This document shows, in pieces, positions 10,085 to 20,736 of a stretch of 64,000 nt of DNA. Location of the stretch: contig CALSNL010000003.1 in assembly GCA_943787705.1 (NCBI GenBank), forward strand, positions 390,649-454,648. Direction: 5' to 3'. Made by a program: the position numbers and the translations under genes. The DNA is from an uncultured Pseudomonadales bacterium (GTDB lineage: Bacteria; Pseudomonadota; Gammaproteobacteria; Pseudomonadales; UBA7434). Position 1 is the stretch's first letter, and each line of letters opens with the position of its first letter. The notes below the pieces were generated by a model that was not told the origin of the DNA, made no database searches, and saw only the letters and a program-made list of their open reading frames with translations.

Positions 10085-10708
10085 TTAAACCTCAAATTCA
10101 GCCGTAGAACCGGCTCCTTGGCGCAGAATCACTGGAGTTTCATCACTTAAATCAATCACACTTGTGGCTTCCATACCGCAATAACCGCCATCAATAACTA
10201 AATCGACCTGCTGCTGCAAGATACTGCGAATCTCATAAGGATCGAGCAGTGGTAAGTCATCACCCGGTAAAATCAGGGTGACACTCATCATTGGCTCGCC
10301 CAAGGCGTCCAAAAGACTCTGCGCTATAGCATTATCGGGCACTCGCAGCCCAATAGTCTTTCGCTTGGGATGCTTAAGACGACGCGGCACTTCATTGGTG
10401 GCCAGTAAAACAAAGGTATAAGGCCCAGGCGTATGGCTACGTAATGCTCGATAAGCAATATTATCGACCTTGGCGTAAACGGCCAATTCAGACAAATCGC
10501 GACAAACTAGGGTGAAATTGTGCTTATCATCCAACAGTCTAATTTTACGAATTCGCTCTAAGGCTTGTTTATCACCCAAATGACAGCCAAGCGCATAACC
10601 AGAATCGGTCGGATAGACGATAACCCCGCCCTCTTGCACAATAGTTGCCGCCTGACGAATTAAGCGTACTTGGGGATTTTCAGGGTGTATTTGAAAGAAC
10701 TGACTCAT
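10085..10708 (-). CDS. yciO: YciO-type Sua5/YrdC/YwlC family protein (threonylcarbamoyl-AMP synthase paralogue)
   Basis: 207-aa ORF. Motifs VIVYPTDSGYALGC and KRKTIGLRVP. Sits in the yciO-yciV-yciB-yciI synteny. Confidence 0.85.
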   Translation of the reverse strand: MSQFFQIHPENPQVRLIRQAATIVQEGGVIVYPTDSGYALGCHLGDKQALERIRKIRLLDDKHNFTLVCRDLSELAVYAKVDNIAYRALRSHTPGPYTFVLLATNEVPRRLKHPKRKTIGLRVPDNAIAQSLLDALGEPMMSVTLILPGDDLPLLDPYEIRSILQQQVDLVIDGGYCGMEATSVIDLSDETPVILRQGAGSTAEFEV

Positions 10709-11565
10709 GAGGCCTTAGCTGCAAGTGACCAGATAGGAACGGCAGTACTCGGTAACACCGCATTGCAGCCGACATCGGCCCAGACTTGCTCAGGATTATG
10801 GAAATCACTGCCGGTTGAACAGGCTAAATCGTATTTATGCGATAAACGCAGTAAATAGTCGGTAATGGCATCATCCTGACGACCGCTAATCAGCTCCAAA
10901 CCGTCGCCACCAGCGGCTTTAAAGGCTTCGAGTAAAGTGCGCATGCGCGTGCGTGTTAAACCGTATTTATCGGGGTGAGCCAACACAGCAAGTCCGCCAG
11001 CAGCATGAATAGTCGCAATCGCCTCGTGACCCGATGGCCATTTAGAAGGCACATCACAAGATTTACCCGCACCCAACCAACGCTTATATGCTTGTTGCTC
11101 TTTAGTGCAATGCCCTTGCTCGAGTAAATAACGTGCAAAATGAGGACGACTCAACACCGCATCACCCGCCAAGGCCTTTGCGCCCTCTAATGCACCGGTT
11201 ATGCCCTGCTTTGCCAGTTTTTTGCCAATCGCTTCGGCGCGATTCTCACGTGCAAGGCGCTGACCATCCAAAAAGGTATTGAGCGTTTCGTTATCAGTAT
11301 CAAGCCATAAACCTAAAATATGGTAAGAACGACCATCAATTTCGGCGCTAATCTCTACGCCTGGCACTAATTCAATGGGCGCACTCAATTCAGCGACAAA
11401 TGCTGGGTCTGCCAAAGCGGCTTGTAACACTTTTACCCCAGCAACCGTATCATGATCAGTTAACGCCAGACGAGAAACGCCATTGGCATTCGCTCTCGCC
11501 AAAAGTGCCTCGGGTGATAGTGCACCATCTGAAGCGGTGCTATGTGTATGTAAATCGAATATCAT
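10705..11565 (-). CDS. PHP-domain phosphoesterase (TrpH/YciV, RNase AM family)
   Basis: 286-aa ORF. N-terminal DLHTHSTASDG PHP metal motif and LTDHDT. Overlaps the yciO start by 4 nt. Confidence 0.85.
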   Translation of the reverse strand: MIFDLHTHSTASDGALSPEALLARANANGVSRLALTDHDTVAGVKVLQAALADPAFVAELSAPIELVPGVEISAEIDGRSYHILGLWLDTDNETLNTFLDGQRLARENRAEAIGKKLAKQGITGALEGAKALAGDAVLSRPHFARYLLEQGHCTKEQQAYKRWLGAGKSCDVPSKWPSGHEAIATIHAAGGLAVLAHPDKYGLTRTRMRTLLEAFKAAGGDGLELISGRQDDAITDYLLRLSHKYDLACSTGSDFHNPEQVWADVGCNAVLPSTAVPIWSLAAKAS

Positions 11566-11831
11566 TCGTAATTCTGCTCTGGCAATTAACGCTGCGTATG
11601 AATTTGACTCGAATAGTCCGTTTTAACAATAAAACCGAGAAACACCATCGCAAGCGGAATGTGAACGCGATCCAAATTTTACCCTAACAAACCTTTTTAT
11701 TTTAGGTAAAATCGCGCACTGGCTAGCGTGCATTGGATAAAGAATAGAAACATAGCGCCGACAGCGCGAAAATGCCAATATCAATTAAAACCTATATGTT
11801 ACGAAGGTAGCATAAAAATCACGGAAAACCC

Positions 11832-12419
11832 ATGAAACAAATTTTAGAACTCATCCCCTTAATTTTATTTTTTCTCGCCTTTAAAATGGATGGAGAAACA
11901 CTTGAAATTTTGAGTTTCAGCTATCAGTTTGATGGTATCTATTCAGCAACCGCCATTTTGATGGCCGCCACGGCTATTCAAGTACTACTAACATGGTTCT
12001 TTACCGGCAAAGTAGAAAAACAATTACTCTGGCTATTTGGCATTATTGTTGTTGCTGGCTCAGCCACACTTATTTTACGTAATGATATTTTTATTATGTG
12101 GAAACCTACCGTCTTCAACTGGGGCTTAGCACTGGTTTTATTGGGCGGTTTATTATTAGGGAAAAAGAGTCTGCTCGAAAAAATGCTTGGCCAACAAATT
12201 GAATTACCCGCTACTGCTTGGCTGCGCCTCAATCAATTGTGGATTGCTAATTTTTCAATTGTCGGCAGCCTTAACCTTTATGTTGCCTATAACTTCTCGC
12301 AAGCCGCTTGGGTTAATTACAAGCTTTACAGCTCTATAGGTTTCACGTTGGTACTTATGATAATCACCATGATTATTGTGGTGCCGCATATCAAAGATAA
12401 AGCGGACGAATCTAGCTAG
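11832..12419 (+). CDS. yciB: Intracellular septation protein A (inner-membrane YciB)
   Basis: 195-aa polytopic ORF with a YciB-like N-terminus (MKQILELIPLILFFLAFK). Synteny with yciI. Confidence 0.85.
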   Translation: MKQILELIPLILFFLAFKMDGETLEILSFSYQFDGIYSATAILMAATAIQVLLTWFFTGKVEKQLLWLFGIIVVAGSATLILRNDIFIMWKPTVFNWGLALVLLGGLLLGKKSLLEKMLGQQIELPATAWLRLNQLWIANFSIVGSLNLYVAYNFSQAAWVNYKLYSSIGFTLVLMIITMIIVVPHIKDKADESS

Positions 12420-12457
12420 TCGCCCAACAAAATTTAAATTAAGGAAATCATACCTCT

Positions 12458-12757
12458 ATGTTCTACGCCATTATTAGCGAAGATGTCCCAAACAGTTTAC
12501 CGCTGCGACAACAAGCACGCGGCGCTCATATTGAACGCCTACAAAAATTAAAGGAACAAGGTCGCTTATTGCTAGCTGGCCCACACCCGGCTATTGATTC
12601 CGAAGACCCCGGCGAAGCAGGCTTTACCGGCAGCCTCGTTATTGCTACTTTTGATTGCCTTGCCGATGCACAGCAATGGGCCGATGAAGATCCTTATTGC
12701 GACGCAGGTGTTTACCAAAAAGTGATCGTTAAACCCTATAAAAAGGTGCTCCCATGA
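12458..12757 (+). CDS. yciI: YciI family protein
   Basis: 99-aa ORF with a typical YciI sequence (MFYAIISEDVPNS...RGAHIERL...DPY). Confidence 0.85.
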   Translation: MFYAIISEDVPNSLPLRQQARGAHIERLQKLKEQGRLLLAGPHPAIDSEDPGEAGFTGSLVIATFDCLADAQQWADEDPYCDAGVYQKVIVKPYKKVLP

Positions 12758-13473
12758 ATATAAGCCTACTTATTAAAAACAGTTATTACCTAAGTATTGC
12801 AGGGCTGCGCTTACTGCTTTGCACACTGCTATTCAGTCAAGCAGCTATCGTTAATGCCGCTGAAGAGACACGCTATGTATCAGATGTTTTTTATGTGCCA
12901 TTGCACAGCGGCAATAGCACCAAGCATCGTATTATTCATCGCGGACTAAAAACGGGGACTCGCCTCACACTGCTAGAGACCGACAATGAAGCGGGCTTTA
13001 GCAAAGTGACTACAAGCAAGGGCACGGAAGGCTGGATCCAAAATCAATTTTTAGCAGCCACGCCTATTGCCCGCACCCGCTTAGTAGAAGCACAAAACAA
13101 GTTGCTGCAATTAAACAAAAAACTCACTAGTCTCGAAAAAAATAACCGTGAGACACAGCAAAGTAGTGGCGCAATACAAAAACAAGTTAGCTTGCTATCA
13201 CGCCAAAACCAACAACTAAACAAAGAGCTTGATAACATTAAAAAAATATCAGCCAACGCCATCAACTTAGATACCAATAATCGCGAGTTATTGAAAAAGA
13301 ATGAGATGCTGAAAATTGATATTGCTGAACTACAAGCCAACAATTCAAGACTCTCAGATAAAAGTGATAAAGAATGGTTTTTCCGTGGCGCGCTTGCCGT
13401 GTTAATGGGCGTATTTTTAGCGATATTGCTGCCTAAGTTAAAACCAAAAGCACGCTCAAAAGAGTGGACGTAA
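12754..13473 (+). CDS. SH3 domain protein (TIGR04211/YgiM-like): signal peptide, SH3b, coiled coil, C-terminal TM anchor
   Basis: 239-aa ORF overlapping the yciI stop by 4 nt. SH3b-like segment (GTRLTLLETDNEAGFSKVTTSKGTEGWI). Q/N/L-rich coiled coil. C-terminal TM. Confidence 0.7.
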   Translation: MNISLLIKNSYYLSIAGLRLLLCTLLFSQAAIVNAAEETRYVSDVFYVPLHSGNSTKHRIIHRGLKTGTRLTLLETDNEAGFSKVTTSKGTEGWIQNQFLAATPIARTRLVEAQNKLLQLNKKLTSLEKNNRETQQSSGAIQKQVSLLSRQNQQLNKELDNIKKISANAINLDTNNRELLKKNEMLKIDIAELQANNSRLSDKSDKEWFFRGALAVLMGVFLAILLPKLKPKARSKEWT

Positions 13474-13508
13474 AAAACGGTTAGCCACCCCTGTAAGCAA
13501 TATTATTA

Positions 13509-14201
13509 ATGGAGATAGACAAAATGTTACAGCAGATCAAATCATTCAAAAGTATAAGTAAAATAAGTTTAGTAACATTGGTATTGGTATTTATGTCTGC
13601 TTGTTCAGATGAGAATACGACAAATCAAAGTAATATCACCCCCCAAACAGCTACGGTTGATACCACCGCCAAAGTTGATATGTCAGACGCAGCCACAGAA
13701 TCACCTAGCGTTGTATTTGAAACCAGTGCCGGTAACTTTACCGTGCAATTAAATGCAGAAGCAGCACCGCTTACCGTCGCTAACTTTTTACAATATGTTG
13801 AAAATGGCTTTTATAACGGCACTATCTTTCATCGCGTAATTAGTAACTTTATGATTCAAGGCGGCGGATTCACTGTCGATATGACCAAAAAAGCGACCCG
13901 AACGCCTATCATCAATGAAGCCGATAATGGCTTAAAAAATACGGTTGGCACCATCGCCATGGCGCGCACTAACGCACCGCACTCTGCCACTAGTCAATTT
14001 TTTATTAACGTCGAAGACAATGGCTCACTTAACCATAGAGCTAAAAACTCAAGAGGTTGGGGCTATGCGGTATTTGGCGAAGTCACAGAAGGCTTATCAG
14101 TTGTTGAAGCAATCAAAGGTGTTGCAGTAGCTCCAAGAGCGGGACATCAACATGTGCCTTTAGAAGCGGTTATTATCCAACGTATTTATCTTCTCGATTA
14201 A
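13509..14201 (+). CDS. Cyclophilin-type peptidyl-prolyl cis-trans isomerase, probable lipoprotein
   Basis: 230-aa ORF. Lipobox-like VFMSAC. Cyclophilin motifs FHRVISNFMIQGGGF, GTIAMART and SQFFIN. Which ATG is the start is uncertain. Confidence 0.85.
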   Translation: MEIDKMLQQIKSFKSISKISLVTLVLVFMSACSDENTTNQSNITPQTATVDTTAKVDMSDAATESPSVVFETSAGNFTVQLNAEAAPLTVANFLQYVENGFYNGTIFHRVISNFMIQGGGFTVDMTKKATRTPIINEADNGLKNTVGTIAMARTNAPHSATSQFFINVEDNGSLNHRAKNSRGWGYAVFGEVTEGLSVVEAIKGVAVAPRAGHQHVPLEAVIIQRIYLLD

Positions 14202-14246
14202 TTAATCCTTTTATTATGAGTCAATAAAAAATCATCTGGAACTAAT

Positions 14247-15054
14247 ATGGCGTTGAGCACGAATAAAACAGCACTGAGTGTTAACCTGAATAAAATTGCC
14301 TTAATCCGTAATTCACGACCAGGTAACAATCCGGATATTGTTGAGTACGCAACAAAAATTCTTGCTGCGGGTGCCGACGGCCTTACCGTCCACCCCCGAC
14401 CCGATCAACGTCATATTCGCCCTGAAGATTGCTATCAATTAAAAGCTCTGTCAGCGGCCAAAGGCATTGAATTGAATATTGAAGGCAATCCCTTTGCTGG
14501 CGCCTGCCCTAGTCCGCGCAATGACTTCTCAGACTATCCTGGCTTTCTTGAAATATTAGCGCAAGCACGACCCGAGCAAGCCACACTGGTGCCTGACAGT
14601 GATGCGCAACTGACTTCAGATCATGGATTTGATTTATCGGGTGACAATTCTCAACTAGAATCTATCATCCAAAAAATTCATGCACTTGATTGTCGGGTGA
14701 GTTTATTTATGGACCCCGATATTGAGCAAATCAATTTCGCTAAAGCCATTGGTGCCGACAGAATTGAACTGTATACCGGCCCCTATGCTGATGCCTATGC
14801 CCGTCTCTGAGAACAACCATTCACCCGAGGCCGACGCACTCTTTAAACTGCACTGTAAAGCAGCAAAGCATGCAAGTGAGATTGGCTTAGGGGTTAATGC
14901 AGGACATGATTTAAATTTAGATAATTTACAACAATATCGAGACTTACCTGGCTTGTTAGAGGTGTCGATTGGTCATGCACTGACATTGGACTCTTTAGAG
15001 ATGGGATTGAATAAAACCGTAGATGCATACTGCAAGCTTCTGCATGGTGAATAA
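14247..15054 (+). pseudogene. pdxJ: Pyridoxine 5'-phosphate synthase, interrupted by one +1 frameshift (or a sequencing error)
   Basis: Two overlapping ORFs, 14247-14810 and 14722-15054. Together they give a full PdxJ: [30 protein letters not shown], and then in the +1 frame [10 protein letters not shown] and EVSIGHAL. The span is 808 nt, which is 1 mod 3. The frame junction is at GCCCGTCTCTGAG, about 14798-14810. Confidence 0.8.
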
Positions 15055-15070
15055 AAAAAACTCTCAAGCG

Positions 15071-15649
15071 CTAAATATTTTTCGACTTAAAATTCTGTAA
15101 CTGCTTAGTAATGTGAGCCACCTCAGGCTTATTTTCCAGTAATTCCTCTGCCGTCAAGCCTTGCAACTCATGTGGGAAAACCAGCCAATCGTTGGTCGTA
15201 TGCAAATAATAATCGGGCTCTGAACTAACTTGGGATTGACTCGGCTTAAAGTAAACCGTCGCTATTTTTATTGACTGCGGTGCACTATCGCCGCTGCGAA
15301 GTTTTATTTGTTTAATTAATTCGGCAACACTTAAACCGCTATCGTGAACATCATCAACAATCAGTAAATTATCCTCGGCTTTAATCGTATCAATGACATA
15401 AGCTAAGCCATGCACTTTTACGGTTTTACTGCGCTGGTCTATCCCTTCATAAGAGGAGGTCCGAATCGCAATATGCTCGGTAGTTACACCGCAAACATCT
15501 AAGACCTCTTGCACCGCAATACCGATAGGTGCACCGCCACGCCATACGCCAATAATAAAGCTTGGCCGAAAATCACTTTCGAGTATTTTCATAGCTAAGG
15601 AAAAAGAATCCTTAAGCAATTCGCTGGCCGTAATATAGCGCTTATTCAT
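15071..15649 (-). CDS. Phosphoribosyltransferase family protein (purine PRT-like)
   Basis: 192-aa ORF with the PRPP-binding loop LLIVDDVHDSGLS. Confidence 0.75.
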   Translation of the reverse strand: MNKRYITASELLKDSFSLAMKILESDFRPSFIIGVWRGGAPIGIAVQEVLDVCGVTTEHIAIRTSSYEGIDQRSKTVKVHGLAYVIDTIKAEDNLLIVDDVHDSGLSVAELIKQIKLRSGDSAPQSIKIATVYFKPSQSQVSSEPDYYLHTTNDWLVFPHELQGLTAEELLENKPEVAHITKQLQNFKSKNI

Positions 15650-15670
15650 AAATAATTGTCATGACAGAAT

Positions 15671-17914
15671 TTAAACACATGGCGTTAATTTAACATCAAC
15701 CGATTTAAATGCTGGCGTTTTACTGCGCGCATCACGGTCTCGACCGATAAGCACATTCGCCTCTGGATAATAGGCCATAACATCACCGTCGGGTAAATCG
15801 AAGGGATACACTGTAACCGCTTTCATCTCTCCCACCGCTGAAGTGATATTCACTTTATCACCAGCATCAATACCTAATGACGCAATCGCTTTAGGATTTA
15901 TCAATACCGCCCAACGCTGATCAACTTGGCGATAGCTATCTTTTTGCTCATAAATAATCGAGTTAAACTGCCCTTCACTTCTCACGCTCATCAAACGCAT
16001 AGGGAATTGATTATTATGTTTAAACTCAGGTAAATCATGTACTACAAATTTTGCTTTACCATTCGCTCGCTTAAACTCAGGCTTATGTATAAGACGATTA
16101 CGCACATGAAACTCTTGCTTAGCAACGTCTATCGTTTCTAGTGCCTCCATACCCGGCACAATAGCGGCAATCGTTTCGCGAATCGTTTTATGAGATCTAA
16201 ACGCACTAAAATCCAGAGGCAACTTAGATTTATCGTTATTTTCAGACTGTACAGCTTGGGTAGTTTGAGAAGCAAAAAGACGCTGCGCAAAATCCGTTAG
16301 AATATCAACCTCTGAACGCACATTCGATAAACGCTTAATACCACCATCGCTATAACGCACATAGTTAAACATCGATTCCTGCGTGGTCGGTTCGGGCTCT
16401 TCATCACGCGCCGTCACCGGAAAAATAATTGCCTCGCCATTATTAAGTCCGGACAAATGACCTTTATTCAACGTCGTTGTTAAATACACCTTGCAAGCAA
16501 TCTTATCCATCATCTGCTCGGCCCATTTTGAATCGGGCGTCGCTTCGTATAAGTTGCCACCCATAATTAAGGCTGCATCCATCTCGCCACGATCGGCCGC
16601 CTCAAGGCAGGCTAAAGTATCCATTCCCGGAGAAGCTTCTTTACTGGGCAAATCTATCTTCAGCGTTGCTTGCATTTTAGTGAGCACGTCAGCAGCCAAT
16701 ACTGGCTTAACACCGATGGTGCCTATACCTTGCACATTACTGTGGCCACGCAGAGGCAGCAAGCCAGAAAAGCGTTTGCCTATCATGCCGCGTAATAAGG
16801 CAAGGTTTGAAATATATTCAACGTTAGCAACGCCATGCTTATGATGGGTAATACCCATGCCCCAGGCAAAAACGGCATTGTTTGAATGGCAATACACATT
16901 GGCAATATCTTGTAGCTCTCGCTTACTCAGGCCCGATAAAGTTTCTATTGAATCCCAAGATGTCGCCTCAATATCAGCGAGAAAGGCGGTATAGTTTTCG
17001 GTATATTCATGAATAAATTGTTTGGCAATGCCATAACGCTGTATTACCGCCTTCGCAATACCTTTAAAAACAGCGAGATCACTACCAATATGCGGCTGCA
17101 AATAATGCGAGGCAATTTCACTGCCTCCAATAATTAAGGACTTAGGACTTTTAGGCAGCGCGAATCGAACCAAGCCTGGCTCTTTAGCCGGATTGATAAT
17201 TACCACTTTACCGCCGCGTTCGCGACAAGCCTGTAACTTATGGATAAAGCGTGGATGATTAGACGCCGGATTAGCTCCGATAACAAAGATCAGATCACAG
17301 CCATCTAAATCATCTAGCTCAACCGTTGCCGTACCCACACCAATGGTTTCAGACAAACCAACACCGGTTGCCTGATGACAATAAAAAGAACAATTGTTGA
17401 CGTTATTAGTGCCATACACTCTGGCTAATAACTGCAATATAAAGCCCGCTTCATTCGACGAGCGACCCGAAGAATAAAAAAAGCTCCGCTCAGCGGCCGT
17501 GTTAGAAAACGCCTGTGCAGCATAATTTAAGGCCCAATCCCAATCGACCGCTTTAAATTTATTACTGTCTTTGGCTTTAAAGAGAGGAGTATTAAGACGT
17601 CCTAAATGCTCCATTTCATAAGCGCTAAGGCGATGAAATTCATCAATAGTATGATCAAACACTTCATTAGGAATGGGCGATTGGATATCGGTTGACTGCG
17701 CCTGAACACTTTTATTGCAGACCGCAGGAAAATCACCCTGCTCATTAGTCATTCCGCCTTGCTGGCCACCCATGCCTAGACCACATGCCTTACACGCATT
17801 CTTTGCGGTTAACGCCTTGGCAGAACTGCTCAAGCCAATGCGCTTAACCGTTTGTAAGGTATACAGAATTTTTTTGGCGCCGCCTCCAATAGGCGGCTTA
17901 ACAGATTCACTCAT
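15671..17914 (-). CDS. FdhF/YdeP-family molybdopterin oxidoreductase
   Basis: 747-aa ORF. YdeP-type N-terminus (GGGAKKILYT...KACGLGMGGQQGGM). Molybdopterin-oxidoreductase length and C-terminal beta-barrel region. Confidence 0.8.
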   Translation of the reverse strand: MSESVKPPIGGGAKKILYTLQTVKRIGLSSSAKALTAKNACKACGLGMGGQQGGMTNEQGDFPAVCNKSVQAQSTDIQSPIPNEVFDHTIDEFHRLSAYEMEHLGRLNTPLFKAKDSNKFKAVDWDWALNYAAQAFSNTAAERSFFYSSGRSSNEAGFILQLLARVYGTNNVNNCSFYCHQATGVGLSETIGVGTATVELDDLDGCDLIFVIGANPASNHPRFIHKLQACRERGGKVVIINPAKEPGLVRFALPKSPKSLIIGGSEIASHYLQPHIGSDLAVFKGIAKAVIQRYGIAKQFIHEYTENYTAFLADIEATSWDSIETLSGLSKRELQDIANVYCHSNNAVFAWGMGITHHKHGVANVEYISNLALLRGMIGKRFSGLLPLRGHSNVQGIGTIGVKPVLAADVLTKMQATLKIDLPSKEASPGMDTLACLEAADRGEMDAALIMGGNLYEATPDSKWAEQMMDKIACKVYLTTTLNKGHLSGLNNGEAIIFPVTARDEEPEPTTQESMFNYVRYSDGGIKRLSNVRSEVDILTDFAQRLFASQTTQAVQSENNDKSKLPLDFSAFRSHKTIRETIAAIVPGMEALETIDVAKQEFHVRNRLIHKPEFKRANGKAKFVVHDLPEFKHNNQFPMRLMSVRSEGQFNSIIYEQKDSYRQVDQRWAVLINPKAIASLGIDAGDKVNITSAVGEMKAVTVYPFDLPDGDVMAYYPEANVLIGRDRDARSKTPAFKSVDVKLTPCV

Positions 17915-17987
17915 GGGTAAGCTCTTTTACTTAATCATGGTCCTAAAGATTAAGGTCGTTATTTCATTAGACTTTAAGGACAGTGAG

Positions 17988-18851
17988 TTAAAGACCGTTT
18001 TGCATTTTTGCCGCAGCAACGGTGTTATACATTAAGCAAGCGATGGTCATAGGCCCCACACCGCCAGGTACTGGCGTAATAGCAGACACTTTTGATTGCA
18101 CATCATCAAAATCAACATCGCCAACCAAGCGGCTTTTGCCGTCTACTTCAATACGATTAATGCCGACATCAATAACAACCGCACCCTCTTTCACCCAATC
18201 GGCTTTAACGAAGTTAGGAATACCCACCGCAGCGACAAGAATATCCGCTTGGCGACAAATAGATTCAATATCAACCGTGCGAGAGTGAACAATAGTGACG
18301 GTGCAGCTTTGTTGTAATAACAAGGTTGCCATTGGCTTACCGACAATATTGGAGCGACCAATCACCACGGCATGCTTGCCGCTTAAATCACCTAGGTGAT
18401 CTTGCAGCATCATCAGTGAACCTAGCGGCGTACATGGCACCATTTGGTTTTCACCAACGGCCATAGCGCCCACATTCTCAATATGGAAGCCATCAACATC
18501 TTTTTTAGGTGAAATAGCCGCCAATACGGCTTTATCATTAATTTGATCAGGAACCGGTAACTGAACCAAAATGCCATGAATAGCACTGTCATTGTTGAGT
18601 TCATTAATCAGGGCCAGCAAGTCAGCCTCTGAAGTCTCAGCGCTAAGGCGATGCTCTATAGACTTTATGCCTAATTGCTCACAGCGGCGCACCTTATTAC
18701 GCACATACACTTGGCTGGCAGGGTCTTCGCCCACTAATACCACCGCAATACAAGGCGACAAATTGTGCTGTTCTTGCAGCGTTGCTACTTCAGCTTTCAA
18801 TTTCTCGCACAGATTATCGGCAAACTGCTTACCATCAATTACTTTCGACAC
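17988..18851 (-). CDS. folD: Bifunctional methylenetetrahydrofolate dehydrogenase/methenyl-THF cyclohydrolase
   Basis: 287-aa ORF. Motifs [20 protein letters not shown] and [10 protein letters not shown]. Confidence 0.95.
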   Translation of the reverse strand: MSKVIDGKQFADNLCEKLKAEVATLQEQHNLSPCIAVVLVGEDPASQVYVRNKVRRCEQLGIKSIEHRLSAETSEADLLALINELNNDSAIHGILVQLPVPDQINDKAVLAAISPKKDVDGFHIENVGAMAVGENQMVPCTPLGSLMMLQDHLGDLSGKHAVVIGRSNIVGKPMATLLLQQSCTVTIVHSRTVDIESICRQADILVAAVGIPNFVKADWVKEGAVVIDVGINRIEVDGKSRLVGDVDFDDVQSKVSAITPVPGGVGPMTIACLMYNTVAAAKMQNGL

Positions 18852-19084
18852 TGACTAACCTCATGGATTAACTTATTCAATAGGAAAACAGTTTACCGCT
18901 TATTGAGAAATAAACCTCGCTTTTCCTAACAAAATTTTATTAAATCATGCCAGTTCAGCCATCAGCGCGCACTTGCCCTAGCTAGCGGCATGTAGCTGCC
19001 CAACAACTGTGCAAAAGCTGAGTGCTACTGTTAGAATCAAGCGCATAAACCCTTTAACGAAAATAACCTATAAGCCTATAAATC

Positions 19085-19363
19085 ATGAAATCATTACTAC
19101 AAAGACTATTCTCTCCCCTGCTTAATCCATTTGAACAAGGCACAGAGCCTTACGAATACAAGCCAATGAGTCGCCGAATTCTTATTGTGATTAGCGTCCT
19201 ATTTGCGGTACTAACCGCCGTGACATTTTTTTTATCTCCAGCGGATGCCGGTCTTGCTATCGCTTTTCCGATGATTATTTTTGGCAGTGCAAGCTTCGTT
19301 TGTTTAATAGTGGGTTCACTAGGCAGTGAACGCGCGGTGGCTAAAATATGGGGAAGTCGTTAA
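19085..19363 (+). CDS. Small hypothetical membrane protein (2 TM)
   Basis: 92-aa ORF with two hydrophobic helices. Its stop overlaps the convergent MOSC gene by 4 nt. Confidence 0.4.
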   Translation: MKSLLQRLFSPLLNPFEQGTEPYEYKPMSRRILIVISVLFAVLTAVTFFLSPADAGLAIAFPMIIFGSASFVCLIVGSLGSERAVAKIWGSR

Positions 19364-19929
19364 TCGACTTTTCTCACTAAATCATCCGTCGCTATTTGAC
19401 CTGATTGAATCACCTTTGCATTAATGCCGCGTAAATTGATTTTTTTACCCAAGCCAGAATTTACAAACTTCATGGCTTCCAAACCAAAACGATCAACGAA
19501 TTTCTTACAGCCCGTATGAGGTTCTGCTGTTACTTCAATAATCGCACTACCAATAGCCAGTCGAGTTCCCGCCGGTAAATTTTCATCACTTAAATCCAAA
19601 TCAACATAGAGTTGATCCCCCGCTAGCGACCAGCGTTCTTTTTTCTGAGCGACTAAATCTGTCACGCGAACATTCATAATGTTGAGCTGCATATCCGGAT
19701 GGGCTGAGCCATCCTTAGTCGCTGAACTTCCTCTTGCTCGCCAATTATCACCCACCAAACCCTCAGCAATATCTAACTCAGCCTTAGCTAATACCTCGCG
19801 CTGCTCAGTAACAGGACGACGAACAATCATCGCTAATGCTCCCTCATTTTTAGGCGATTGCAAAATAGTGTCTAAGCCGGCTTCCAGTTGAGTTTTTGTT
19901 AAGTGTTCTATTTTTACATTCGTCATCAA
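19360..19929 (-). CDS. MOSC domain-containing protein
   Basis: 189-aa ORF of typical small-MOSC size, with the conserved Cys region (EPHTGCKKF). Confidence 0.7.
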   Translation of the reverse strand: MMTNVKIEHLTKTQLEAGLDTILQSPKNEGALAMIVRRPVTEQREVLAKAELDIAEGLVGDNWRARGSSATKDGSAHPDMQLNIMNVRVTDLVAQKKERWSLAGDQLYVDLDLSDENLPAGTRLAIGSAIIEVTAEPHTGCKKFVDRFGLEAMKFVNSGLGKKINLRGINAKVIQSGQIATDDLVRKVD

Positions 19930-20105
19930 TTAACAATCTCCGCCTAGTCATTTTAAAAAAACCTGAAATTTAAAAAAATAGCGCTTAAAAAATACTAAGC
20001 AAATAAAAAGAAAAAGGATAACAACCAGAAAAAAAACTCGTTAACGAATTTCTGATTGCCACCCCTATATTTTCAATTGATATTTTAATTGATATAGTCC
20101 ATTGA

Positions 20106-20507
20106 TTAAAGCGCTTCAGATTTCACCAGCAAGCCGACTAACCACCCTGCGACGACAAACTCAACTAAAGTGGCAACAAACCAATCAATCGCCAAGGTTA
20201 AAGGAATAGGCATATAGACATAAGCGCTCGCTGCCATAATACCTGCCGCCAAACCAAATAAAACCCCTAATTTCAAACCCATCGATACCGATTTTTCACT
20301 CACGCAGCGCTCATAAAGCAAGACAAAACAAATCGCTATAGCCAGCGTTACCGCATGCATTAACATCATATTCGTATCTTGCATCGCTCGCCACAGATGC
20401 GCTGTTGCTTCATACGCCTCTTTTAACAGCAACCCGTGGATAACAAAATCGAGAGCTGACCACGCAATAAATATCGCTACTATCGCTAAAACAATACCTT
20501 TCAACAT
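20106..20507 (-). CDS. Hypothetical polytopic membrane protein (4 TM; DUF1761-like impression only)
   Basis: 133-aa hydrophobic ORF. Family assignment is tentative. Confidence 0.5.
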   Translation of the reverse strand: MLKGIVLAIVAIFIAWSALDFVIHGLLLKEAYEATAHLWRAMQDTNMMLMHAVTLAIAICFVLLYERCVSEKSVSMGLKLGVLFGLAAGIMAASAYVYMPIPLTLAIDWFVATLVEFVVAGWLVGLLVKSEAL

Positions 20508-20736
20508 ATCACTATCCTCGTCTCTTCATATCTAATTTATTAACAGTTGATAAACCTAAGGTTAAAATGTGTTCCCGACGAAGCCTATATCTTAAATAAT
20601 CACTACGCCATAGCATTTGAGGACAGAGTTCCATGCAAATCGTGCCAACTGGTAATGCATAATATCCATCTACTCCAATGATCACATAATGCTAAAGTAA
20701 GGACCGTAGACGTCTTATTGTCTTATTGTCTGACCA

